Below are positions 27,950 through 36,422 of a stretch of 64,000 bases of DNA, piece after piece (position 1 is the first letter of the stretch; every line of letters starts with the position of its first letter). The notes under the pieces are model-generated. The model was given only the letters and a program-made list of their open reading frames with translations. It made no database searches and was not told where the DNA came from. Made by a program: the position numbers and the translations under genes. This DNA comes from an uncultured virus (IMG/VR IMGVR_UViG_3300025934_000016) (Duplodnaviria > Heunggongvirae > Uroviricota > Caudoviricetes). The stretch lies in the IMG/VR virus record IMGVR_UViG_3300025934_000016. The stretch is one strand, 5' to 3'.

Positions 27950-28446
27950 TAGAATTCCCGTTCGACCTGGATCATGTCGAGTTTAAATCCGTAACACATG
28001 GTAAAAAGCCGCTTCATCTTTTCGGTCTTGGTCTCCGCAATGATCTTTTGGCAGTATTGGGTTTTCGCCCAATCGACCACCAAGTCGAGTCCCGCGCGAA
28101 GTAGCCCGAGCGGGGCGCGCGCCCCATCGTCGATCTCGTACTGAAGTATCAAGGCGCGCCGGATGTTTGACCATGGCGGCACTGAGACAACCGTGAGTAA
28201 GTGCCCGACAAGCTCCTCGTCCTGGACCGCGCCCAGGATGAAAAACCCCTGCTGCACGGCGGTGAAGTCTTTCATCACATGGCTTAAAAGGAGCGGGGGC
28301 ATGGTGTCGGGACAGTAGTGCTCGGCGAACTTTCCAATCCGTTCGAGCATCGCGGGCATGAGGCTCCAGCAAAACGGCTTGTCTTTGGAGAAGGCTACGA
28401 CCGACGCGAAGGCGTCGAGATCCTCTTGGCTTAGGAGCTCAATCAA
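27949..28446 (-). CDS. GNAT-like virion assembly protein
   Basis: ILGAVQDEELVGHLL...VDWAKTQYCQKII...YGFK pattern; position. Confidence 0.55.
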   Translation of the reverse strand: MIELLSQEDLDAFASVVAFSKDKPFCWSLMPAMLERIGKFAEHYCPDTMPPLLLSHVMKDFTAVQQGFFILGAVQDEELVGHLLTVVSVPPWSNIRRALILQYEIDDGARAPLGLLRAGLDLVVDWAKTQYCQKIIAETKTEKMKRLFTMCYGFKLDMIQVEREF

Positions 28447-28694
28447 AACGCGGTGCCTCCTGAAATTCGGTAACGATTTCCACCTGTGTAAAAGATCAGG
28501 TTGCGAGTTGCGCCGCCCGCGTTTTCAACCACCACCAGGCCGTCAAGCGTGGGGCTTGCGGGCGGGAGGTTGGCCGTAAGGACCACCGGCGGGCCGTCGA
28601 TTAGCTTGTTGATGGCGTGTCCGTACTGCCTGAGCGTGCTCAGGTCGGGTACCACCGGAGACTCATTGACCTTTCGTTCTTTTTCTAGCGCCAC
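28443..28694 (-). CDS. Hypothetical tail-module protein
   Basis: 83-aa ORF overlapping both neighbours. Confidence 0.65.
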   Translation of the reverse strand: MALEKERKVNESPVVPDLSTLRQYGHAINKLIDGPPVVLTANLPPASPTLDGLVVVENAGGATRNLIFYTGGNRYRISGGTAF

Positions 28695-30232
28695 CTTCCT
28701 CTCCTCACCGCGTCCACAAAGCTGCCCTTCCAGATGATCGGATGAGACGACGAGCCTTCAAGGCGCATCGAGAGATACTTGGAAGTGACTCTGTGGCCGG
28801 TGATGTAGGGTCCCGGTAGGCCGATATCAATAATGTCTTGCTGCCCGGAGATCTGGCGCTTCTCGCCCGCCTTGCTGTAGCCCACCTTGACCGTTATCTG
28901 CTGCGCGCTGGAATTTTGCTCGAACCGATGCTCAATGGAGTTGACCGTCGCCATGTTGGCGCCGCCATTGAGCGGGGTAAGCCCGGTCTCCGCGATAAAA
29001 TCGATTGGCGTTCCGTTGTCGGTCTCCCCGCTAAACATATGCGTTGCGCCGTTGGATTCGCCCCCTAGTATCACCCGCACAACGGCCCCCTGGCCGAGCT
29101 CGCCCAGCGTTTTGGTGATCGAGCCGAGCGGCACGGTCAACTGCCCGAGGGTAAGCGGCGTGATAAGCCGCACGTACTCGCCCGCGGTAAATTTCCTGGT
29201 CCCCCACTTGAGCGGCAAAACGGCGCCGGTCTGCTCCTTGACGATGATCCCCTTATCCGGCTCTCCGGAGCCGCCGCGCTGCGGGTAAACGATCAGGATT
29301 TCGCGGTACTGAGAATCGTAAGCCATCCAGGAGCGCCCGATCGATGAGAAGTCGAGAGTCTCGGAGAGATAAACCCTCGCGTTATCGCCGCCGAAGTCCG
29401 ACACCGAATCGAGCGTGTAGATTTTGAGCTTTCCGTTTAGCGCAAGATAGACCAGAGCCCCGTTGCTGAGCTTCACGTAGCCAAGAGTGGAAGCGGCGCC
29501 TTCGTCTTTCGGCACCGCAATGTAATCGAATCGGAAAGGGTCAACGCCGCCCTGCGCGGAGGCGCGGTGAATCGCATCGCTTTTAATGATCGCGCCGACA
29601 AGGTTTCCCATCTCCTCCATGATCACGATCTCGCCCGAAGTATCGGAGTGTAAAACCACCTGCACACTCCCCCAGCCGGTGTCGGGATCGTTAAAGTTCG
29701 ACGTATCGGTTGCCACGGGCGAGACGGTGCTTCCGGTCTTTAAGTTCCCCAGGATGACGTGGTTGTTTAGGATCATCATGCAGCGGGCCACTGGGGGAGA
29801 ACCGCCGATATCGGAGTATCCCGCCGTCACTCCGTTCCATTCTTTCGGGGTGTCCTTGTTGTTGACTCCTAACAGCAGTGTGCCGCCCGCTTTCTGAAAC
29901 ACGCGAAATACCTGCTGCTCGGTGCTGGCGGTAAGCGGCGCGCCGGTAATGGCCGTCCATGTCTTTGTGACAAAATTAAACGCCTTCCAGCCCGCAATGG
30001 TGGCGCCGACTAAACGCAGCGTCCCATCGCTGTGGTCGTAATGGATAAAGCCGGTGGGGCGCGCGCCTAGCGAATTGCCAAACGACGTGAGGCCGTTTCG
30101 TACCCGGAAGTCGCGGTCGCGTAGAATGAAATTCTCGCACTCCGATAACCCCTGTGGTGGAATGTGCTCGCGGTCAACGGCCGCAAGTAGGCCCAGAGTC
30201 GGGATTGGAATCAGTATGGACTTTACGGCCAT
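28685..30232 (-). CDS. Tail tube/nozzle protein (P22 gp10 / tubular B-like)
   Basis: 515 aa, beta-rich; GETDNGTPIDFIAETG; synteny. Confidence 0.7.
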   Translation of the reverse strand: MAVKSILIPIPTLGLLAAVDREHIPPQGLSECENFILRDRDFRVRNGLTSFGNSLGARPTGFIHYDHSDGTLRLVGATIAGWKAFNFVTKTWTAITGAPLTASTEQQVFRVFQKAGGTLLLGVNNKDTPKEWNGVTAGYSDIGGSPPVARCMMILNNHVILGNLKTGSTVSPVATDTSNFNDPDTGWGSVQVVLHSDTSGEIVIMEEMGNLVGAIIKSDAIHRASAQGGVDPFRFDYIAVPKDEGAASTLGYVKLSNGALVYLALNGKLKIYTLDSVSDFGGDNARVYLSETLDFSSIGRSWMAYDSQYREILIVYPQRGGSGEPDKGIIVKEQTGAVLPLKWGTRKFTAGEYVRLITPLTLGQLTVPLGSITKTLGELGQGAVVRVILGGESNGATHMFSGETDNGTPIDFIAETGLTPLNGGANMATVNSIEHRFEQNSSAQQITVKVGYSKAGEKRQISGQQDIIDIGLPGPYITGHRVTSKYLSMRLEGSSSHPIIWKGSFVDAVRRGRWR

Positions 30233-30238
30233 CCCCGC

Positions 30239-31009
30239 TTACCTCCACACGAGAAGCCCAACGCCCTGTATGGAGTTGCTCGCAGAGGCGGCGCTCCAAA
30301 GGATGTTGACTTGCAATGTCTGATCGATAGCGGAATTGGCGCTAATGAGCGCCAGGTTGAATGTCGAGAAGGCGCTCGTAGGGCCGAAATTGAGAGCCGG
30401 GTTAATCGGCGCCACTTCGATCCTTGCGCTGGCGACCTGGGAAGTCGCAGAATTGCGCGCGTGTATCCTGAACTGGCAATGGAGCCCGAACACTCCTTGC
30501 TGGGTTGCGGTGTTGTTAAAGAGCACGGGGTTAAAAAATAATTGTCCGCCGTAATAGAGCCGCACGCTGACGGTTGCGCCGGGGAGCATCGTGCCAACAA
30601 AGAAGCTGACTGTCCCGTGAAGGACCTGGGCCGTTCCAAGAACGCCGCCCTGGATAAATTGGCTATAAAGGCTCGCCTCGATACTGCTGTTGGCGACGGC
30701 GGGCTCGGTAACGTCTTTGATAATTTGGTTGGTAATCTGGCGCACGGCTACGCCGTCATGCAAAAGGAGACGGTCGCCGTTTCTGGCCAGTTGGCCCGCG
30801 CCGCTCGGATCGGCCGCGTTGTCCTTGAGAATTATTTTCTTGAGTCCCGTCGCATCCCACAAAAACCCCGGGGCGGCGACTGGGATATCGATCGGAACAC
30901 CGAACAGGTCGCATAGCGCGACTTCCAAGTCGCCCACCCTGTCGTCCACCTGATCGCCCGTAGTGGCGTTGGTCATTCGCACCGACTGTAAGGAGTTGGG
31001 TAAACTCAT
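30239..31009 (-). CDS. Putative tail appendage protein
   Basis: Beta-rich C-terminal half; between adaptor and nozzle. Confidence 0.55.
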   Translation of the reverse strand: MSLPNSLQSVRMTNATTGDQVDDRVGDLEVALCDLFGVPIDIPVAAPGFLWDATGLKKIILKDNAADPSGAGQLARNGDRLLLHDGVAVRQITNQIIKDVTEPAVANSSIEASLYSQFIQGGVLGTAQVLHGTVSFFVGTMLPGATVSVRLYYGGQLFFNPVLFNNTATQQGVFGLHCQFRIHARNSATSQVASARIEVAPINPALNFGPTSAFSTFNLALISANSAIDQTLQVNILWSAASASNSIQGVGLLVWR

Positions 31010-31013
31010 TTGG

Positions 31014-31730
31014 TTATCCCGGGTAATCGCTTACGGGCTGGCGCGCCGTGGTGCGCGAGCGGGCATCCTCTATTTCCATGTTGCGGGCGATCTTATCGGC
31101 CTTTTCCATCCAGAGGCTGACACGCTCGTCCTCAAATCCCCACTTGGTCGCTTCGACCAGGCCGGCATAAAGAAGGTAGTCCCAGGCCTGCTTGGTAAAC
31201 TCGTTTGCCGGATTGGCGTCGGTTAAGTCGGGCGGAAGGCCCCACCAGTTGCGATAGATCGTAAAGACGCGGTTGGGGACCGGGCCAAGCATGAGCTTGC
31301 CGGCCCAGACCGTATAGAGCCGCGGCTCGCCCAAATCGCTCTCGCCAAAGGCGCCTTGGCCCATGGGCTGCTGAAACGTGGAGCCGAACAGCCCCGAAGC
31401 GGGAAAGGTCTTATCGAATGTATCCTTATCGGTATACTCGATAAATGTTATTTGATCGTCGGTGGTCGCGTTGGCGGCTGGATACCAGAAACTTCGCGGC
31501 TTACTCCAGCCTTCGGGGGTATCGTAGTCGCGGATTGAGAGGCGCGTTCTGAACGTATCGGACCTCTCCGTAAACCTCGTCTCTCCGGGACGACACCAGT
31601 CCCGCATGACCACGTTGATTATCTCGGCGGCTGAATCGTGGTCGAGCTCGTTGACCGTAATCCCCAACCACCGATGAAGCATCCCCGGCAGTCCGGGAGC
31701 ACCGATCAAGTCTATTAGGGTTTTGGCCAT
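31014..31730 (-). CDS. Head-tail adaptor (tubular A-like)
   Basis: GEPRLYTV...LGPVPNRVF...DYLLYAGLVEA. Confidence 0.75.
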   Translation of the reverse strand: MAKTLIDLIGAPGLPGMLHRWLGITVNELDHDSAAEIINVVMRDWCRPGETRFTERSDTFRTRLSIRDYDTPEGWSKPRSFWYPAANATTDDQITFIEYTDKDTFDKTFPASGLFGSTFQQPMGQGAFGESDLGEPRLYTVWAGKLMLGPVPNRVFTIYRNWWGLPPDLTDANPANEFTKQAWDYLLYAGLVEATKWGFEDERVSLWMEKADKIARNMEIEDARSRTTARQPVSDYPG

Positions 31731-31737
31731 TCATGGA

Positions 31738-31986
31738 TTACCGATCGAGCTTTCCGCCCTTAGAGGTGCTCAAGGACGAGGGCATCAGGGGCGGCTGGCG
31801 CTTGTTTCTGACCACGGCGTCTATGCTGCGCCCGTTCCCCGAGGTATCGGTGACACCCGCCGACTCCACGCGCGTGTCGGGTAGCTTGGAAGATCTCTTG
31901 CGCGGCGGCTTGGCGATGCCGGTATCGACATGGCGGTACTTTCTAACATCGCTCGAAAGCCCGCGACTCTTTGCGAGCCGTGACAT
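31738..31986 (-). CDS. Small basic protein
   Basis: K/R-rich; paralogous to 31988-32230. Confidence 0.7.
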   Translation of the reverse strand: MSRLAKSRGLSSDVRKYRHVDTGIAKPPRKRSSKLPDTRVESAGVTDTSGNGRSIDAVVRNKRQPPLMPSSLSTSKGGKLDR

Positions 31987-31987
31987 T

Positions 31988-32230
31988 TTAGGGCTCCACC
32001 GCGTTTTTCGAGGTGACGCGAACCTTCTTCATTAGGGTCTTGCCACGAGTCGGGGTCCCGCTGCCTTTGACCGGATGACTCGATACCCCGCCCGACTCCA
32101 CGCGCACAACCCCTTCTTTTAGCTTAGATGAGCGGGCCTGCGGCTTCCCGGCCGTCCCGGTATCCACGGCGCCGCTCATGTACTTACGCACGTCCTTTTT
32201 CTGGGCGCGCACATCGTTTAGTCTCGCCAT
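31988..32230 (-). CDS. Small basic protein
   Basis: Start MARLNDVRAQ after GAGG; DVRKY...VDTG...RSSKL...RVES. Confidence 0.7.
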   Translation of the reverse strand: MARLNDVRAQKKDVRKYMSGAVDTGTAGKPQARSSKLKEGVVRVESGGVSSHPVKGSGTPTRGKTLMKKVRVTSKNAVEP

Positions 32231-32240
32231 CGGTTTAACC

Positions 32241-32447
32241 TCAGTAGGGGATCTTCTTTCCCCTGTGCTTTGCCAATTTGTTCTGCAATGCCCCAATCGC
32301 CGCCGCTTTTCCTTTCGCTTTTTCAATTCTCGCAAAATTTCCGGTCGTACCTTTCTGACCAAGCGCTTTAACAATGCCTTTGCCCTGCGGCTTTGGCTTT
32401 CGGTAAGACGCAACATCACTGCTCGTGGCGCGGCTCCCCTTGATCAC
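32241..32447 (-). CDS. Small basic protein
   Basis: K-rich, 68 aa. Confidence 0.7.
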   Translation of the reverse strand: MIKGSRATSSDVASYRKPKPQGKGIVKALGQKGTTGNFARIEKAKGKAAAIGALQNKLAKHRGKKIPY

Positions 32448-32674
32448 TAATATCGCCCCTTTCTCGGCGGCGGCATTACGTCCATGTCCTGCTCCGGCGC
32501 GCTATCCATTGGCCCCTCGTCGGCCCCGGTCATGTCCATGGGTCCTGCCGGCATGGGCCTTCGCGCCATGGGCGGCGGCGCCTTTTTGGCGGGTGCCTTG
32601 CCTTTGCCTTTGGTTTTTTTAGTAAATGCGGCTACATCCATGGCGCTGGCGCGCCCCCCTTTGATTCGGCTCAT
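32447..32674 (-). CDS. Small basic protein
   Basis: K/P/M-rich, 75 aa. Confidence 0.7.
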   Translation of the reverse strand: MSRIKGGRASAMDVAAFTKKTKGKGKAPAKKAPPPMARRPMPAGPMDMTGADEGPMDSAPEQDMDVMPPPRKGRY

Positions 32675-32979
32675 TTCTTTCCCCCTATGATCTGGCCCTT
32701 GCGCACCGTCTTGTTGCTCATGGTGCCGCGGGCGCCCTGGACCGCAATCGGCGGCTCGTCTGGCTCAGGCTCTTGGGGCTCCGCCGCCTTCTCCTCGATC
32801 TCTTTCATGGCGGCAATCTCCTGCGGGGTCTCCACGGGATGAATGAACACCCCGTAGCCGTCCGCCCCTTCGATCAGCCGCTGCACGTCCGGATCGTCGG
32901 TTTCGAACAGCCCATTTTTGAAATAGTGGTTTCGAATCGAGTAGGATTTGTACTTATTGCAACTGTAATGTCTGAGCAT
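32671..32979 (-). CDS. Hypothetical head-module protein
   Basis: Likely start MLRHY via TGATG; FKNGLFETDDPDVQRLIE. Confidence 0.7.
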   Translation of the reverse strand: MLRHYSCNKYKSYSIRNHYFKNGLFETDDPDVQRLIEGADGYGVFIHPVETPQEIAAMKEIEEKAAEPQEPEPDEPPIAVQGARGTMSNKTVRKGQIIGGKK

Positions 32980-33479
32980 CAGTAGACACCTTTCCCGATA
33001 TGGTCGATCTTGAGCGTCGGCTCGCACACCACCTTCAGCCCCGCCAACCGCGCTTTGTCAAAAAAGTAATTGTCCTCGCCCGTGCCAAACTCACACTGAA
33101 AGCGCGGCACCGCGACCTTTTTCGCCGCTTCGAGATTTATCAGCATGAACCCGCCCGGGTTCTTTAGCCGCTCGGTATAAGATCGGTTCTTTTTGTTGTA
33201 AGTCCCATAAACGATATCGGCGTTAAGCGCCGCCATGGTCTTGGCGAGCGTCTGGATGCCGTCGACGGGGAAAATGAGGTCGGCATCGATCATCATTTGG
33301 TGGCTGAACCCCTGCTCGATTGCCCGAATCATCATCTCTTCTCGGTGCCAGTGCACATAGGCGCCGGTCTTGAGCTTTATGTCTGGCTCATCGGGTAAGA
33401 GCCTTACCGCCAGGGCCAGACAAATGGCCGTTTCCGGCTCCACTTTGTCGTAGCAGGGGATGGCGATAGTGAGTCTCAG
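32979..33479 (-). CDS. Compact GT-A (GT2-like) glycosyltransferase
   Basis: LTIAIPCY, MIDAD (DxD), GEDNYFF...GLKV...HIG. Confidence 0.8.
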   Translation of the reverse strand: MRLTIAIPCYDKVEPETAICLALAVRLLPDEPDIKLKTGAYVHWHREEMMIRAIEQGFSHQMMIDADLIFPVDGIQTLAKTMAALNADIVYGTYNKKNRSYTERLKNPGGFMLINLEAAKKVAVPRFQCEFGTGEDNYFFDKARLAGLKVVCEPTLKIDHIGKGVY

Positions 33480-33481
33480 CG

Positions 33482-33802
33482 TTATCTCCCCGTTACGAGA
33501 GCGATTATCCGGTCCGCCGACGCATCGCCGGTAAACTCGGTTCCCGCTGCCACCTGGGCCTGGAGCTTTAAGTTGGTCTTGTCAAAAATGTATTTCCGAT
33601 TGACCAGCGGGTACGGTAAGGCAATCAGCATCGAGTCAATTGCGTTTAGTTGGAAAAGCGCCGCGGTGAGGACGCTTCCGCCCCCGGCTATCGCGCCGTC
33701 GCCGTTGATGAGCACAAGGCGCTGTCTCACGCCCACCCCACCGGCTTTCATTCCGGGAAAGTCGCGTCTCAGAATCGTAATGTTGGCTGCTGTGATCGCC
33801 AT
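33482..33802 (-). CDS. Putative capsid decoration protein
   Basis: Paralog of 33817-34125; GAGGAGG RBS. Confidence 0.6.
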   Translation of the reverse strand: MAITAANITILRRDFPGMKAGGVGVRQRLVLINGDGAIAGGGSVLTAALFQLNAIDSMLIALPYPLVNRKYIFDKTNLKLQAQVAAGTEFTGDASADRIIALVTGR

Positions 33803-33816
33803 TTGCGGTCCTCCTC

Positions 33817-34125
33817 TTAGCGACCGTAAACGGTCAAAATGATTTGGTCCGCGGCACAACTGACCGCGCCGGCCACTTGCGCTCCGGTGGAGCCCACCTG
33901 CGCCATGATCTTGCTGTTGGCCTTGTCGAAGATATAAACGCGATCGACCAGCGGGAACGGTGCGCTAAAGAAAATGCCGTCGATGGCGTTTAGCAGAAAG
34001 TTCGCTGGCGTTACGGCAACTCCGCCCGTTGTGTAGGATGCCTCGCCCACCAGCAGACAAATTCTGATCCTGACGCCGCGCCGCGGTGCCAGTTTGCGGA
34101 TGAATGTGATTGCTCCGAGAGCCAT
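33817..34125 (-). CDS. Putative capsid decoration protein
   Basis: SYTTGG...YIFDKAN.K...V.GR; first same-strand gene after the capsid gene. Confidence 0.6.
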   Translation of the reverse strand: MALGAITFIRKLAPRRGVRIRICLLVGEASYTTGGVAVTPANFLLNAIDGIFFSAPFPLVDRVYIFDKANSKIMAQVGSTGAQVAGAVSCAADQIILTVYGR

Positions 34126-34207
34126 GAAAACCTCCTAAGCTCGAACCCGGTTAGAGCCGGGGCCATAGGGTTGACTAGTTACTCAAAATCTGATACTGTT
34201 TCCCATT

Positions 34208-35053
34208 ATGCAAGCAAAAAATAAAGGGAAAAATCAGGGTAAAAATTGTTCCGTTGAGGGTTGTGGATATCCAGCGTTCTCTCGCGGATTTTGCGCTATG
34301 CACTATCAACGCAACCGCAAATACGGCGATCCTCTTGTGGTTAAAGCGGCCAAATCGAGGCATGGAAAAGGGAAGTACAGATATTGGAGAGGGAAGCATC
34401 TGCTTCCTCACCAGACCGCCTATCTCGATGCTCACGGCCCGATTCCGGTATGCAACTGCCAAGCGGGCGAACTTCTTCACGTTCACCACAAGGACGGCGA
34501 CCACTCCAACAACGCTCCCGACAACCTTGAGGCGCTCCACCCGACCGATCATGCCCATCTTCACAACCCGAAAGGTTCTTGCAAAGTTGAAGGTTGCAAC
34601 TCGAAAAGCCAAGACAAAGGACTTGTATCTTGGCCGGCCGACTCCGAAGATTTCTACTGTCCTGCTCACTACTACCAGCTTCAAAAATTCGGCAAGATCA
34701 CGAACGCAACTCTCAAATGGGGCGGACGAAAGAAGAAGTGGCTTGTGTGCTCGGTCGAAGGCTGCGAATCCGAAGGATATTGCCAGGGTTACTGCGTGCG
34801 GCACTACTCTCAAGTGCGTGAGCACGGAGAGATAAAACACATTGAGAAAATTGTAGGCGGAACGAAAAAATGGACCTCCTGCAAGGTTGAGGGCTGCGTA
34901 CCGACCTCGATGAAAGGCGCTTCTAATGGCTACTGCGATAGGCACTACCAACAGATACGGAAGTTTGGCCGCATCACGTCGGTAGCGCCCATCAGTAAAA
35001 CCGAATCGGGCCTCCATGGAGCTAATAAGCGGTGGAAGCCAGAAGGTTTTTAA
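34208..35053 (+). CDS. Free-standing HNH endonuclease with four Zn-finger repeats
   Basis: HVHHKDGDHSNNAPDNL; four C[SK]VEGC...C..HY units; antisense insertion. Confidence 0.85.
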   Translation: MQAKNKGKNQGKNCSVEGCGYPAFSRGFCAMHYQRNRKYGDPLVVKAAKSRHGKGKYRYWRGKHLLPHQTAYLDAHGPIPVCNCQAGELLHVHHKDGDHSNNAPDNLEALHPTDHAHLHNPKGSCKVEGCNSKSQDKGLVSWPADSEDFYCPAHYYQLQKFGKITNATLKWGGRKKKWLVCSVEGCESEGYCQGYCVRHYSQVREHGEIKHIEKIVGGTKKWTSCKVEGCVPTSMKGASNGYCDRHYQQIRKFGRITSVAPISKTESGLHGANKRWKPEGF

Positions 35054-35101
35054 AAATAGCCGCAGTACCATAATACTAAAACTCAATAAAATCAACTAGT
35101 T

Positions 35102-36379
35102 CTATGGTACAAATGCACTTGCTCCTTTAAATACTGCATTGCAAGTGTCAAAATCTAGCTCTAAACCGCTCTCCGTCAACCACTCATCCTTCGTCGCGTC
35201 GTCGCCCGCGTTCTGGCGGTTTTCCAGGTAGTTGGTGTCCCGGTTCACGCCGTTGCCGGAGAGAATTCGGTCCGCCAAATACTCGGGGTCAACCACGATG
35301 CCCCAGGTGCGAAACGTCGCGTTTTTGCTGAACAAAGGATGCTGTCTGATTTGCAAAAATCCGTAAGGAGTACGATAGCGATCGAGCATCATCCCATACG
35401 TTTCCGACATGGGCGTCATCTGGATCTCGCCGTGTATCCTAGCGACTTTATTAATATTCGTAATCGCGGTGTTGCCCGCCAATAACAATTTTTCCGAGCT
35501 ACCGTCTTCGAACACGTCCTCCATGAACGCTTCCCATGAGTCGATATCGACCGCGCCCGCGAAGTCCTTCACGTTGGTCGTGACAAGGGAGATAAAACCC
35601 TTGGTGGTACGCTCCGGCTGCGCGCCCGAGGTGTCCTCAACGCCGGTGCCGAACACATAGGCCATCTCGCGCTCAATGGCGTGGATTTCCAGTGTCTCGC
35701 GCTGCCTCTCTTCCAGGTCCGAGCCGGTGCGGAGGTTCGTAGCCTTGGCGGTGTTGGTCAGGTGGAGCGATGTACGAAAGATCTGGGTGTAATTGTTGAT
35801 TACGCTCGGCTCGAATGTAATCGCTGTGGGCACTGCCGCGCCTTCCTGGTGATGGGACCCGACGATCAATAGCCCGTCGCCGTCGTTCATGGCCGCGGCC
35901 GAGGAACCCTTGCCGCGAAGCGCCGCAAATGAGTTAAAAGGCGTTGTAGGATCAGCGCTTACCCAGATTACTTCGAGGGTTCTTTCGTTTATAAGCGAAT
36001 GGCCTTTCTTGAGCGCTATGGCCGCGCCTGAACCCTGAGTCTCAATTGCCAGGTCGCCCGAAGTCTGCGAGCCGGATACGATAACCCGCTGAGTTGGCAG
36101 GTTTTTGGTGAAAATCTTAAATTCCGGGTCGTTGGTCGCTCTCACCTGTAGCTTGCTCATCAATGCGGTAAGCGAGAGCGGGCTATTGGGAAAGAGCAGG
36201 AGAATGAGCTCGCGGTAATTCTTGGGACGCTCATCGGAGGTCCAGGAGCCCGTACCGCGTAGCCCGAGCACTGTTCCCTTCTGTCCGAGATGGACAAACA
36301 GGACATAGATCAGGCCAAGGAGAGAGTAGATAAATGGGAGAGTTGCGATATCGTTAAGAAACTTTTTTGCCCCTTTCAT
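35102..36379 (-). CDS. Major capsid protein (DUF5309/SU10-like)
   Basis: NYTQIFR, YRTPYG.L....HPLF, DEWLTESGLE; follows scaffold. Confidence 0.85.
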   Translation of the reverse strand: MKGAKKFLNDIATLPFIYSLLGLIYVLFVHLGQKGTVLGLRGTGSWTSDERPKNYRELILLLFPNSPLSLTALMSKLQVRATNDPEFKIFTKNLPTQRVIVSGSQTSGDLAIETQGSGAAIALKKGHSLINERTLEVIWVSADPTTPFNSFAALRGKGSSAAAMNDGDGLLIVGSHHQEGAAVPTAITFEPSVINNYTQIFRTSLHLTNTAKATNLRTGSDLEERQRETLEIHAIEREMAYVFGTGVEDTSGAQPERTTKGFISLVTTNVKDFAGAVDIDSWEAFMEDVFEDGSSEKLLLAGNTAITNINKVARIHGEIQMTPMSETYGMMLDRYRTPYGFLQIRQHPLFSKNATFRTWGIVVDPEYLADRILSGNGVNRDTNYLENRQNAGDDATKDEWLTESGLELDFDTCNAVFKGASAFVP

Positions 36380-36422
36380 TGTTTTCCTCGTTACTAAAAC
36401 CGATTACCGAAATCATGGTCTT

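Noticed and set aside
34175..35095. 306-aa minus-strand ORF
   Set aside because: Antisense shadow of the motif-rich HNH gene
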